The notes under the pieces were generated by a model. That model searched no databases, had not been told where the DNA came from, and was given only the letters and a program-made list of their open reading frames with translations. The translations under genes were made by a program, and so were the position numbers. From positions 1 through 57,627 of the forward strand of contig JBKGYK010000004.1 of the NCBI GenBank assembly GCA_046546095.1: 57,627 bases of DNA. Direction: 5' to 3'. Origin of the DNA: Bacteroidales bacterium. GTDB taxonomy: Bacteria; Bacteroidota; Bacteroidia; Bacteroidales; ML635J-15. The number at the start of each line of letters is the position of its first letter. The first letter of the stretch is position 1. Shown one piece after another: positions 8,493 to 18,539 of this stretch.

Positions 8493-9455
8493 ATGTTGCT
8501 GAAAATCACCATCATATTGGCTGTTATTTTTCAGGTCATTGCGGCCGGACAAGCCATGCGCCTTACCAGAAGAACTAAGTATAATTTTTCATGGATTCTC
8601 ATAAGCCTCGGACTGGCTGCTTTGCTGGTTAGAAGGATAGTTGAATTCCTTCCATTGGTGTCGGATTTTCAGGCACAGGATTTTCGCCTGCTCTATATAT
8701 GGGTAGGTGTGCTGTCCTCACTTTTTCTTGCCCTCGGCTTTTTATTAATTCGTCAAATATTCAATTATATTGACCGCATGGAGGCTGAAAGACGCAAAAC
8801 TGAAAAACAAATTCTTTCTTCTGTCATTGCTGCTGAAGAATCCGAACGGAAACGCCTGGCCAGAGAACTGCATGATGGACTCGGTCCCCTAATGTCCGGA
8901 ATCAGAATGTCTGTATCAGCTTTGGAACAACAAGTGCAGAATGAAAAGCAAAAAGAAATAGCCGGTAACGCTAATAAACTCATACAGGAAGCTCTGAAAT
9001 CTGTCAAGGATATTTCTGCCAACCTCAGCCCCCACATGCTGGAAAACTTTGGCCTGGAACAGGCACTCAGGAACTTTATCAACAAAATAAATGCTTCCGG
9101 AGAGATCAAAGCACATATGCAAGCTGATATTGACAAGAAAAATCTTTCCGGCAAACTTGAAACCATTGTGTACAGGGTAATCTGTGAAATGCTGACAAAC
9201 ACCCTCAAACATGCCCGGGCAAGCAGAGCAGAAATTATTATGCATCAAAGCAGCAAAGCACTTCTGATAGATTATCAGGACAACGGACAGGGATTCAATG
9301 TGGATGAAGTTATCAGCAATCAACAGGGCATGGGCATTTCCAATATATACTCTCGGGTGGCCTCACTGAATGGAAGTGTGGACATCAGGGCTTCCCGTGA
9401 AAATGGTACAAATGTGAAAATTTATATACCTTTGGAGTATGAGTACAAAAACTGA
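8493..9455 (+). CDS. Sensor histidine kinase (HisKA_3, NarX-like) with a short 3-TM N-terminus
   Basis: 'EESERKRLARELHDGLGP' H-box; 'DNGQGF', 'GMGISNI' ATPase boxes. Confidence 0.92.
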   Translation: MLLKITIILAVIFQVIAAGQAMRLTRRTKYNFSWILISLGLAALLVRRIVEFLPLVSDFQAQDFRLLYIWVGVLSSLFLALGFLLIRQIFNYIDRMEAERRKTEKQILSSVIAAEESERKRLARELHDGLGPLMSGIRMSVSALEQQVQNEKQKEIAGNANKLIQEALKSVKDISANLSPHMLENFGLEQALRNFINKINASGEIKAHMQADIDKKNLSGKLETIVYRVICEMLTNTLKHARASRAEIIMHQSSKALLIDYQDNGQGFNVDEVISNQQGMGISNIYSRVASLNGSVDIRASRENGTNVKIYIPLEYEYKN

Positions 9456-10089
9456 TATCAGAGTAATGCTGGTGGATGACCACACATTGTTTCGTAATGG
9501 ATTGAAAACGCTTTTGTCCAATATGGAAAATGTCAGTGTGGTTGGAGAAGCTGCCAATGGCGAAGAATTTCTCAATGATCTCGGAAATACACAACCCGAT
9601 ATTGTTCTGCTGGATATAGCCATGCCCGTTATGGATGGCGTTGAGGCTGCTACAAGAGCCCTGAACCAATATCCCGACCTGAAAATCATTACGCTCTCAA
9701 TGTATGGAGATGAAGCTTATTACAACAGAATGGTCGAAGCTGGCGTGAGAGGTTTTATCTTAAAGGATTCCGATATCAGAGAGGTGGAAACCGCCATAAA
9801 AACAGTATATAGCGGCCGGACATATTTTTCTCAGGAATTGCTCCAGGCATTGCTGGCTGGAATCAGGTCAGAACCTGGAATTGAAAAATATGATCTGTCA
9901 GAAAGAGAAATAGAAGTCATTCAGCAGGTCTGCGAAGGAAAATCGAATCTGGAAATAGCTGATGATATGTGTATCAGTAAACGAACGGTTGAAAAGCATC
10001 GTGCCAACATCATGGAAAAAACCCATTGTAAAAATACAGCCAGCCTGGTGATTTTTGCAGTAAAAAATCACCTGTATGAAGTCAGGTAA
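9439..10089 (+). CDS. NarL/LuxR family response regulator
   Basis: 'LVDDH', 'LLDIAMP', HTH 'LSEREIEV...SNLEIA...ISKRTVEKHRANIMEK'; overlaps the kinase gene. Confidence 0.93.
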   Translation: MSTKTDIRVMLVDDHTLFRNGLKTLLSNMENVSVVGEAANGEEFLNDLGNTQPDIVLLDIAMPVMDGVEAATRALNQYPDLKIITLSMYGDEAYYNRMVEAGVRGFILKDSDIREVETAIKTVYSGRTYFSQELLQALLAGIRSEPGIEKYDLSEREIEVIQQVCEGKSNLEIADDMCISKRTVEKHRANIMEKTHCKNTASLVIFAVKNHLYEVR

Positions 10090-10348
10090 ATCGGAATTGC
10101 GGATACTGGTTTTGCCCGTACATTGGTTTTATGAGACTGAAAGAAAGCAACATGCTCACCATTTCTCCTGATGCCGGCAAATAATGCGGATGTGTACATC
10201 GGATTGCCGGAAGAAAGAGGCAGAATTATTTCCCGCTTATCCGGTAAAGCCCCTGAAGGCAGCAATAAAATGAATGTCCCTACGTTTTTCTCCCGACAGG
10301 AAAAGCAATTGTACGGCTTCCTGTAGTAAAAAAGTCTGATTAGAATAT

Positions 10349-10356
10349 TATCTTTG
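10349..10356 (+). promoter_or_regulatory. -7 element TATCTTTG only 4 nt before the ATG
   Basis: TATCTTTG-CCTT-ATG. Confidence 0.55.
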
Positions 10357-10360
10357 CCTT

Positions 10361-11797
10361 ATGCGTGATATTTGTATCGTCATCATATTCCTGGCAGGAA
10401 TTGTTATCCTTGCTTCCTGTGAACAAAACCAGTTTACCACTGATCCCTCAGATAAACTGGAATTCTCAAATGATACCGTGCAGTTTGATACCATCTTTAC
10501 AAGCATTGGCTCAACTACAAAATATTTTACAGTAATTAATCCTCATAATAAAGATATTGAAGTGGACAGAATCAGCCTTGCCCGAGGGAAAAACTCTGTT
10601 TACCGCCTGAATATTGATGGATATCAGGCTACAAGCTTGTCGGATGTTCATATCCCTGCCGGCGACTCCATCTTTGTTTTTGTGGAGCTGACCATTAACC
10701 CTTCCGCCAATGATATGGTGGAAAAAGATTCTGTGCAATTCAGTGTGAATGGTAATTCGCAGGATGTCAAACTGGTGGCATTTGGACAAAACGTCCATCT
10801 GATTGATGGGAATGTGATTTCAAATGATACAACCTGGACAGACGATAAACCCTTTCTGATTTATAATTCGGTGCTGATTGATGAAAATGCTAACCTGCAG
10901 ATACAGGCGGGAACCCAATTGCATTTCCATTATGGCTCAAGCATGCTGGTGGAAGGCAGTCTGAAAACCTACGGTACGCTTGATCAACCAGTTGTCTTTC
11001 AGGGCGACAGGTTAGAAGAAGCCTATCGGGACGAACCCGGACAATGGGGTGCGTGGCTGGAGCTTGAAAATGGCGGGCTGTATATCCTTGGTGGATTACA
11101 CTTTCTGTCAGGCAGCAAAAACAATGAATTGAATTACACGGAAATCAAAAACAGCATTGTCGGACTACGTGCCGATTCTGTAGTTACTCCCGGTACCCCC
11201 ACAGTGAAAATGAAGAACTGTATTGTCCAGCACATGAATGTAGCTGGCCTATACGGTGCAGGAGCCCACATAGAAGCTGAAAATTCTGTGTTTGCAAATT
11301 GCGGGCAATACACAGCCGCACTGCTCTTTGGTGGAAAATATGATTTCAAACACTGTACTTTTGCCAATTATTATACCGGCAGCCGGCAAAACAGCTCCCT
11401 GGTAATGAATAATTACTTTACCTATGAAGGAGAAGGGGGAACCATACTGGATGCCCGGCCTTTTGAAGCGAGCTTTGGCAATTGTATCATACATGGTAAC
11501 CTGGAAGAAGAGCTTGATATTGACGGTGTGGAAGAAGCCGGTTTTGATTATGTCTTTAATCATTGTCTGCTGAAAACACAAAGTAATACAGACAGTGAGC
11601 AGTATATTTCAATCATTCGCAACGAAGACCCGGAATTTATTGATAAATATGATACCTATGATTTTCGCCTGGATTCTCTCTCACCCGCTTTAAATCAGGG
11701 TGATCCGGATATTGCCAACGAAGTGCCGCTTGATTATGACGGGTACAGTCGGCTTTCTGGTGAGGGCCCGGATTTAGGAGCTTATGAACGCAATTAA
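10361..11797 (+). CDS. Hypothetical lipoprotein (Ig-like N-terminus, beta-helix-like C-terminus)
   Basis: Lipobox 'ILASC'; repeated short beta-strand motifs ('FANCG', 'HCTFAN', 'NCIIHGN'); C-terminal 'GPDLGAYE'. Confidence 0.7.
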   Translation: MRDICIVIIFLAGIVILASCEQNQFTTDPSDKLEFSNDTVQFDTIFTSIGSTTKYFTVINPHNKDIEVDRISLARGKNSVYRLNIDGYQATSLSDVHIPAGDSIFVFVELTINPSANDMVEKDSVQFSVNGNSQDVKLVAFGQNVHLIDGNVISNDTTWTDDKPFLIYNSVLIDENANLQIQAGTQLHFHYGSSMLVEGSLKTYGTLDQPVVFQGDRLEEAYRDEPGQWGAWLELENGGLYILGGLHFLSGSKNNELNYTEIKNSIVGLRADSVVTPGTPTVKMKNCIVQHMNVAGLYGAGAHIEAENSVFANCGQYTAALLFGGKYDFKHCTFANYYTGSRQNSSLVMNNYFTYEGEGGTILDARPFEASFGNCIIHGNLEEELDIDGVEEAGFDYVFNHCLLKTQSNTDSEQYISIIRNEDPEFIDKYDTYDFRLDSLSPALNQGDPDIANEVPLDYDGYSRLSGEGPDLGAYERN

Positions 11798-11808
11798 AAA
11801 ACAATTTT

Positions 11809-12858
11809 ATGCATAGATACATTGGATTATTCGTATGGCTGATGATTGCCGGTAGCATCCTTACTGCACAGGAAATTGTTGAAGAAAATCCTGATGCAGT
11901 CAATATCATGTTCTATAATGTTGAAAATCTTTTTGATACGGAAGATGACCCGGACAAATGGGATGAGGAGTTTACGCCCGATACTGCAAAATACTGGACT
12001 TACTATCGCTATCAGCAAAAACTGTTTCAGATTTATCAGGTAATCACCGCTGTCGGAGGATGGGATGCCCCGGATGTGGTAGGCCTTAGCGAAGTCGAGA
12101 ACAGAACTGTTCTGGAGGAACTTATCAGCAAAACACCATTGTATAATGCCGGATACGAAATCATACATTACGAATCACCGGATGCCAGGGGAATTGATGT
12201 GGCAATGCTATACAGGGAAAAAAATTTCAACCCCATTGAAGATTATCCCATTCCCGTAGTTTTCCCCGGAGACCAGCGTGCTACCCGTGATATACTGTAT
12301 GTGAAAGGTGAAGTAAGAACCGGAGATACGGTACACCTGTTCGTCAACCACTGGCCATCACGCTGGGGAGGGCAGATGGAAACAGAGCCGAAACGGGTTC
12401 ACGCAGCCTCAGTCCTGCGGCATCATGTGGACAGCCTGTTCAAAGAACACAAAAACCCCCAAATTGTAATCATGGGCGATCTCAATGATTATCCTGATAA
12501 TAAATCGATCACACAAACCCTGAGGGCACAGAAAACATTCTCCAATCCCAGACCTGAAGTGTTGTATAACCTCAGTTATTACCTGCAGGAAGAAAAAGGA
12601 CAGGGAAGTCATAAATACCAGGGAGAATGGGGCATACTTGACCAAATCATTGTCTCCGGCAGCCTCCTGGAAAAATCAGGTTCACTCTATACCGATTTTG
12701 ATCATGTTTCTGTTTTTATGGCCGATTTCCTGCTTGAGAAAGATGAAAAAAATGTTGGAAGACAGCCAAAACGGACATACATCGGATATAAATATCACGG
12801 TGGATACTCTGACCATCTGCCGGTGTACATAAAACTCTTACAAAACCCGGATGAATAA
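11809..12858 (+). CDS. Exported endonuclease/exonuclease/phosphatase (EEP) family protein
   Basis: Signal peptide; 'NVENLFD', 'VNHWPSR', 'MGDLND', 'GYSDHLPV'. Confidence 0.9.
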   Translation: MHRYIGLFVWLMIAGSILTAQEIVEENPDAVNIMFYNVENLFDTEDDPDKWDEEFTPDTAKYWTYYRYQQKLFQIYQVITAVGGWDAPDVVGLSEVENRTVLEELISKTPLYNAGYEIIHYESPDARGIDVAMLYREKNFNPIEDYPIPVVFPGDQRATRDILYVKGEVRTGDTVHLFVNHWPSRWGGQMETEPKRVHAASVLRHHVDSLFKEHKNPQIVIMGDLNDYPDNKSITQTLRAQKTFSNPRPEVLYNLSYYLQEEKGQGSHKYQGEWGILDQIIVSGSLLEKSGSLYTDFDHVSVFMADFLLEKDEKNVGRQPKRTYIGYKYHGGYSDHLPVYIKLLQNPDE

Positions 12859-12942
12859 CGATTGATTTCGGTTTCATGTTTTTTTCTTTTTTTCCTCTCG
12901 TTTCTTTTTGTATTTTTGGGATAACACCAAAACCCAAAAATT

Positions 12943-14019
12943 ATGACAAGTTTATTAGATATTGTTCAACCCGGTGTAATTACCGGTACAGATGTACAGC
13001 GTGTATTACAACATGCCAGGGATAACAAGTATGCCATCCCTGCCGTAAATATTGTCGGAACTGATTCTGCCAATGCAGTAATGGAAGCCGCCCGTGATGT
13101 CAAAGCCCCGGTTATCATTCAACTGTCAAACGGAGGTGCGCATTTTTATGCAGGGAAAGGCCTTTCCAATGAAAATGAGGAAGCAGCCATTGCAGGAGCT
13201 ATTACTGCCGCCCAGCACATCCACCACCTTGCAGAAAACTACGGAGTACCTGTGATTCTGCATACAGACCACGCCGCCAAAAAACTGTTGCCATGGATCG
13301 ATGGTATGCTTGAGGCAGGTGAAGCATTCTACGATGCCTATGGGAAACCGCTTTTTAGCTCCCACATGATTGACCTCTCAGCAGAAGACCTCGAAGAAAA
13401 TGTGCAAACATGTAAAAAATACCTCGAACGCATGAGCAAAATCGAGATGACTCTCGAAATTGAACTTGGCGTAACAGGAGGAGAAGAAGACGGTGTGGAT
13501 AATACAGATATCGACAATTCCAGGCTTTATACTCAGCCTGAACATGTCGCATATGCTTATGAAACACTGAAAAAGGTCAGCAATAACTTCACAATAGCTG
13601 CTTCGTTTGGAAATGTGCACGGAGTCTATAAGCCCGGAAACGTCAAATTGCAGCCGGTTATTCTGAAAAACTCCCAGGATTTTATTGAGAAAGAATACAA
13701 AACGGAAAAAAATCCTGTGTTCTTTGTGTTTCACGGTGGTTCCGGTTCATCTCAGGAACAAATCAGAGAAGCCATTGGCTACGGTGTGATCAAGATGAAT
13801 ATTGATACCGATACGCAATGGGCGTTCTGGGACGGTGTGCATCAATACTACAAAGAGAAAAAGGATTATTTGCAGGCACAAATTGGAAATCCTGACGGAG
13901 ATGATAAGCCAAACAAGAAAATCTACGATCCGCGCAAATGGCTCAGAGCCGCAGAAGAAAGTATGGCCAGGCGTGTGATGCAGGCATTCGATGATTTGAA
14001 TTGTACCAACATATGCTAA
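12943..14019 (+). CDS. fbaA: Class II fructose-bisphosphate aldolase (type A)
   Basis: 'VILHTDHAAKK', 'FSSHMIDLS', 'FGNVHGVYKPG', 'FHGGSGS', 'YDPRKWLR'. Confidence 0.96.
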   Translation: MTSLLDIVQPGVITGTDVQRVLQHARDNKYAIPAVNIVGTDSANAVMEAARDVKAPVIIQLSNGGAHFYAGKGLSNENEEAAIAGAITAAQHIHHLAENYGVPVILHTDHAAKKLLPWIDGMLEAGEAFYDAYGKPLFSSHMIDLSAEDLEENVQTCKKYLERMSKIEMTLEIELGVTGGEEDGVDNTDIDNSRLYTQPEHVAYAYETLKKVSNNFTIAASFGNVHGVYKPGNVKLQPVILKNSQDFIEKEYKTEKNPVFFVFHGGSGSSQEQIREAIGYGVIKMNIDTDTQWAFWDGVHQYYKEKKDYLQAQIGNPDGDDKPNKKIYDPRKWLRAAEESMARRVMQAFDDLNCTNIC

Positions 14020-14040
14020 GTTATAATTATGTTGATATGA

Positions 14041-14069
14041 AAAAGCTGCTCCCAGGAGTGGCTTTTTTT
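14041..14069 (+). terminator. Intrinsic terminator after fbaA
   Basis: aaaagctgctc-ccag-gagtggcttttttt. Confidence 0.75.
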
Positions 14070-14273
14070 GTGGGCAGCCTGTTGCAGAAAATTTGGGCTT
14101 TTTCCTGAATTTAACCGGAAAATTGCCGCAAAACATACTTGCTGGGCTGTATGGTTTTCCTGTATTGTCATAGTAGCAACCCGCCTGGATTTGCCTGATC
14201 GCATGAAAAGTATTCGCTTGAATTTTTCCAATTAATTTTTACCTTTGGAACAAAACTAAGCAAACGGATTGTT

Positions 14274-15647
14274 ATGACAGGTAATTCCAAACCCAGAGAC
14301 GGGTTTAATTCGAAGTTTGGTGTGATTGCTGCAGCTGCCGGATCAGCTGTCGGACTGGGAAACATCTGGAGATTCCCTTATGTGGCAGGAGAAAATGGAG
14401 GAGGAGCATTCCTGCTGATTTACCTGGGCTTCATCTTTACAATCGGCATCTCCGTCATGTTGGCTGAGTTTGCAATAGGACGAAAGGCACAACGCAATGT
14501 CCTTGGATCATTCAAAAAGCTGGCTCCCGGAAAACCCTGGTGGCTCGTAGGATTGATGGGTATAGTGGCTGCATTTGCCATCCTGGCTTTCTATTCAACC
14601 ATTGCAGGCTGGACTTTTGAATATCTTATGCAGGCAATAGGAAACGGGTTTTCAGGTAAAAATACGGAAAGCCTGAATCAAATGTTTACGGATTTTCAGA
14701 GCAGTACTTTCAGGCCTTTGCTCTGGCAACTGATTTTTATGATATTTACTGCAGGCATTATTCTCGCCGGCGTCCACAACGGAATTGAAAAATATACGAA
14801 AATGCTCATGCCCCTGCTGGTATTGCTAATTCTTGTTATGTGTGTACGCTCACTCACTCTCGGCGGTGCAGATGAGGGCCTCAAATTTCTTTTTAAACCG
14901 GATTTTTCAAAAATAGATGGAATTGTCATACTCGAAGCCCTGGGACAGGCATTCTTTAGTATGAGTATTGGAATGGGAGCACTCATTACATATGGTTCTT
15001 ACATAAAAAAGGATAATTATCTGCCCTCTACTGCCTTTCATGTAGCCATTGCCGACACAGCCATTGCCATCCTGGCAGGTGTTATGATATTTCCCGCGGT
15101 TTTTGCTTTCGGAATGTCAGCAGATGCCGGTCCCGGACTTGTCTTTCAAACCCTGCCCAATATTTTTGGCAGCATGATTGAAATCATGCCCGCCGGTGGT
15201 TATATTTTCGGAGTGTTGTTCTTTTTGCTTTTATCCGTGGCAGCACTCACTTCCACAATATCGTTGCTGGAAGTAGTGGTGGCATATGGTATTGAAGAGT
15301 TGAAAATGAGCAGAAGAAAAGCTACACTGCTTTTTGCATCAGCCATTGCCTTACTGGGCGTGTTGGCCACGCTCTCTTTCTCGGAACTCTCGGAATTTAC
15401 AATATTTGGAAAAACAATTTTTGATAATCTGGATTGGTTGTCTGCAAATCTGCTGCTGCCAATAGGAGGGGTGTTTATCGTGATTTTCCTTGGATGGGTG
15501 CTCGGGTCTAAAGCTGTGAAAAATGAACTTACCAACCATGGGGAAGCCAAAATGCGTGTTTTCGGGATTTTTCTTTTTATTGTAAAGTATATTGCTCCGC
15601 TTGCCATAATTCTCGTTTTCCTGTACGGAATTGGCCTGATTGGATGA
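14274..15647 (+). CDS. Sodium-dependent transporter, neurotransmitter:sodium symporter (NSS/SNF) family
   Basis: 'GSAVGLGNIWRFPY', 'ENGGGAFL', 'GQAFFSMSIG'; -7 element TACCTTTG at 14240-14247. Confidence 0.93.
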   Translation: MTGNSKPRDGFNSKFGVIAAAAGSAVGLGNIWRFPYVAGENGGGAFLLIYLGFIFTIGISVMLAEFAIGRKAQRNVLGSFKKLAPGKPWWLVGLMGIVAAFAILAFYSTIAGWTFEYLMQAIGNGFSGKNTESLNQMFTDFQSSTFRPLLWQLIFMIFTAGIILAGVHNGIEKYTKMLMPLLVLLILVMCVRSLTLGGADEGLKFLFKPDFSKIDGIVILEALGQAFFSMSIGMGALITYGSYIKKDNYLPSTAFHVAIADTAIAILAGVMIFPAVFAFGMSADAGPGLVFQTLPNIFGSMIEIMPAGGYIFGVLFFLLLSVAALTSTISLLEVVVAYGIEELKMSRRKATLLFASAIALLGVLATLSFSELSEFTIFGKTIFDNLDWLSANLLLPIGGVFIVIFLGWVLGSKAVKNELTNHGEAKMRVFGIFLFIVKYIAPLAIILVFLYGIGLIG

Positions 15648-15675
15648 TAAAAATGATAATTTTATTTGAATAGTT

Positions 15676-17085
15676 ATGGACGTATTTCAGCAAATTACCG
15701 ATTTCCTGCATACCGGAATAAAATGGTATAATGAGTTTGTAGGAGGGTATCTGATTGTGGCAATGCTTATTCCGGTAGGTGTGTTTTTTGCCTTTAAATT
15801 CAAATTCCTGCATATTACCAAACTCAGACATTCTTTCCGTGTCATCAGCGGAAAATATGATAAGAATAAGGATACCGGTGATATCAACCATTTTCGTGCC
15901 CTTACAACTGCACTATCCGCCACCGTTGGTACCGGAAATATTGTCGGGGTGGCTCTTGCCATACAATGGGGTGGACCCGGTGCAGTATTCTGGATGTGGA
16001 TCGTGGCATTCTTTGGCATGATGCTGAAATTCGTGGAATCCACACTCGGACTGAAATACAGGAAAATCAATCAGGATGGTTCAGTCTCCGGCGGACCTAT
16101 GTATTATATTGAATACGGCCTGAAAAAGAAACTGGGAAAATTCGCCAAAATCCTGGCAGTGATCTTTGCAGTTGCTGCAGTCATTTGCTCTTTCGGTACC
16201 GGAAATATGGCCCAGGCAAATTCCATTTCCGATGCCCTGTTTACCAGTTATGGCGTGGATACCTGGCATACCGGTCTGGTCATCATGATGCTTACACTTC
16301 TGGTCATTATCGGAGGTATCAAACGTATCGCCAGGGTAACGTCTAAACTCGTGCCTTTTATGGCAGTTTTTTATGTGCTGACTGCCCTGCTTATTATTGG
16401 TGTTATGTATAAGGAAATTCCGGGTGCTTTTGCCATGATCTTTGGGGATGCATTTACCGGAACTGCTGCTACCGGAGGATTTGCAGGCTCTGTATTTATC
16501 ATGACACTGAAATTTGGTGTACAGCGGGGATTATTCAGTAACGAAGCCGGACAAGGTTCTGCACCCATTGCTCATGCTGCTGCAAAAACCGAATACCCCG
16601 TAAGGGAAGGCCTTGTGGCTTCAGTCGGACCCTTGATTGATACCCTGATTATTTGTACAATGACCGCTATGGTGATTCTTGTTACCGGGGCATGGACTAC
16701 TGGTTCAGAAGGAGTGGGCATTACCATTGACAGCTTTAGAATCGGACTGGAACCCATTGGCCTGGGACGGGTTTCAAGACACCTTATATCCATCGGATTA
16801 TTGTTGTTTGCTTTTTCTACCATAATCTCCTGGTCTTATTATGGTAGCAGGGCCGTGCAATATCTTTTTGGATACAAAGCCATCAAACCATATTATTGGG
16901 TGTTTGGCGCATTTGTATTCCTCGGCAGTATCTGGGGGCTTGATATGGTGTGGGATTTTGTGGATATGGTCATCACCTTTATGACAATCCCCAACCTGAT
17001 AGGCATTGTGCTGCTCGCACCAGTCGTCAAAAATGAAATCGAAAAGTATTTTCAGGCCATGAAAGAAACCAAAACTTTGTATTGA
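15676..17085 (+). CDS. Alanine/glycine:cation symporter (AGCS) family
   Basis: 'ALSATVGTGNIVGVA', 'GGPGAVFWMW', 'RGLFSNEAGQGSAPIAHAAA'. Confidence 0.93.
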   Translation: MDVFQQITDFLHTGIKWYNEFVGGYLIVAMLIPVGVFFAFKFKFLHITKLRHSFRVISGKYDKNKDTGDINHFRALTTALSATVGTGNIVGVALAIQWGGPGAVFWMWIVAFFGMMLKFVESTLGLKYRKINQDGSVSGGPMYYIEYGLKKKLGKFAKILAVIFAVAAVICSFGTGNMAQANSISDALFTSYGVDTWHTGLVIMMLTLLVIIGGIKRIARVTSKLVPFMAVFYVLTALLIIGVMYKEIPGAFAMIFGDAFTGTAATGGFAGSVFIMTLKFGVQRGLFSNEAGQGSAPIAHAAAKTEYPVREGLVASVGPLIDTLIICTMTAMVILVTGAWTTGSEGVGITIDSFRIGLEPIGLGRVSRHLISIGLLLFAFSTIISWSYYGSRAVQYLFGYKAIKPYYWVFGAFVFLGSIWGLDMVWDFVDMVITFMTIPNLIGIVLLAPVVKNEIEKYFQAMKETKTLY

Positions 17086-17095
17086 CCCTGAGATA

Positions 17096-18211
17096 ATGTC
17101 AAACAAGTGGAAAGATATCCTGGCCTTTACTACACGAGAAAAACGTGGAGTTATTGTACTTGTGATTCTTTTGCTTTTGCTTATCTCAATCAAAGTCTGG
17201 TCGCCCTGGAATAGGGATGAACATGAAATGTATGATTTTTCCGGTTTTGAATCAGAAATCAACCGGTTTGAAATGAAACTTGCTGCAGATGAGAGTGCTG
17301 ATCAGACACATCATCAACAGAAATCCGCGCAGGATGATTATTCTCCGGATTACAGTAAAGAACTTTTTGCTTTTGATCCAAATACAGCCGGCAGACAAGA
17401 ACTGATGGATCTTGGCTTTACAGAAAGCCTGGCTGATAACATCATGAATTACAGAAAGGCAGGTGGATATTTTTCGGAAAAACACGATCTGAAAAAGATT
17501 TATGGCATACCGGAAAAATTGTACGACAGACTCGAACCTTACATATCAATATCATCTGCAGAGGAAGAAGAAGAGGAAGAAGCTTTCTTTTTTGATCCCA
17601 ACCGCATTGGGAAAGACAGCCTCCTCCTGCTTGGTTTTAACAATGGGGTGGCAGAAAGATGGGTTAAATACAGAGAGGCTTCCGGCGGATTCGACAGCAT
17701 AACGGACATTAAGCGACTTTATGGTATGGATAACGATTTGCTTGAAAAACTTGAACCTTTCATGCAATTTGAGCAAAAGAAGGAAAAACACCGGGATACA
17801 CCGGATGAAAAGTCGCCTGTAGATATTAACACCGCCGGATTCAGAGAACTCATGGAACTTGATATCATCAGTAAGAAACTGGCCGGCCAGATACTCTCAT
17901 ACAGAGATCTGCTGGGTGGTTATATCCATACCGGACAATTGAAGGAAGTGTATGATATCAGCCAGGAAGATTATCAGTTGCTAAAAAAGTGGGTCATGAT
18001 TGATCCCGAACAGATTACTACAATAAATATCAACGAAGCAGACTTCGGTACTTTGCTAAGGCACCCATATCTGTCAAAGGCAGATGTTAAAAACATCATG
18101 AAATTCAGGGATCATGCAGGTGAAATTGATTCTCTCAGTCAATTACAACAAAACAATATTCTAAAGGATACTACGTACCAAAAAATTTCACCATATTTGT
18201 CCCTGCATTAA
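17096..18211 (+). CDS. Membrane-anchored helix-hairpin-helix (ComEA-like) protein with four HhH modules
   Basis: N-terminal TM; modules begin FAFDPNT, FFFDPNR, VDINTA and ININEA. Confidence 0.8.
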   Translation: MSNKWKDILAFTTREKRGVIVLVILLLLLISIKVWSPWNRDEHEMYDFSGFESEINRFEMKLAADESADQTHHQQKSAQDDYSPDYSKELFAFDPNTAGRQELMDLGFTESLADNIMNYRKAGGYFSEKHDLKKIYGIPEKLYDRLEPYISISSAEEEEEEEAFFFDPNRIGKDSLLLLGFNNGVAERWVKYREASGGFDSITDIKRLYGMDNDLLEKLEPFMQFEQKKEKHRDTPDEKSPVDINTAGFRELMELDIISKKLAGQILSYRDLLGGYIHTGQLKEVYDISQEDYQLLKKWVMIDPEQITTININEADFGTLLRHPYLSKADVKNIMKFRDHAGEIDSLSQLQQNNILKDTTYQKISPYLSLH

Positions 18212-18218
18212 AAAAGAG

Positions 18219-18249
18219 TTTGACAGATAAAAATAAAAGCTTATTTTTG
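18219..18249 (+). promoter_or_regulatory. Housekeeping promoter for rpsU-xerC-hpf
   Basis: TTTG 18219-18222, 19-nt spacer, TATTTTTG 18242-18249. Confidence 0.75.
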
Positions 18250-18285
18250 CAGCCCTTTAATTTAATTGAAATAAAAGATAAACAT

Positions 18286-18477
18286 ATGATTATTGTACCA
18301 GTAAAAGAAGGCGAAAACATCGACAGAGCATTGAAACGTTTCAAACGCAAATTTGAAAAAACCGGTGTTATCAAAGAATTGCGCGATCGTCAGGCATATA
18401 CAAAACCATCTATGCAGCGTCGTCAGCAGATGATCCACGCCAAATATATTCAGCAACTTAAAGATCAGGCCAATTAA
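18286..18477 (+). CDS. rpsU: 30S ribosomal protein bS21
   Basis: 'MIIVPVKEGENIDRALKRFKRKFEKTG...YTKPS'; real start at ATG 18286. Confidence 0.96.
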   Translation: MIIVPVKEGENIDRALKRFKRKFEKTGVIKELRDRQAYTKPSMQRRQQMIHAKYIQQLKDQAN

Positions 18478-18539
18478 AATCTTTCGTACCTGAAACCTTT
18501 GCATCCACTTTACGTAATATTTTATAAGTGAAGTTGACT

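Noticed and set aside
10068-10330. Short ORFs on both strands in the gap after the response regulator
   Set aside because: No motifs and no homology recognisable by eye.
14010-14040. TTATGTTGATA resembling a XerD arm (possible dif site)
   Set aside because: The left arm lacks CATAA and the site overlaps the fbaA stop region.
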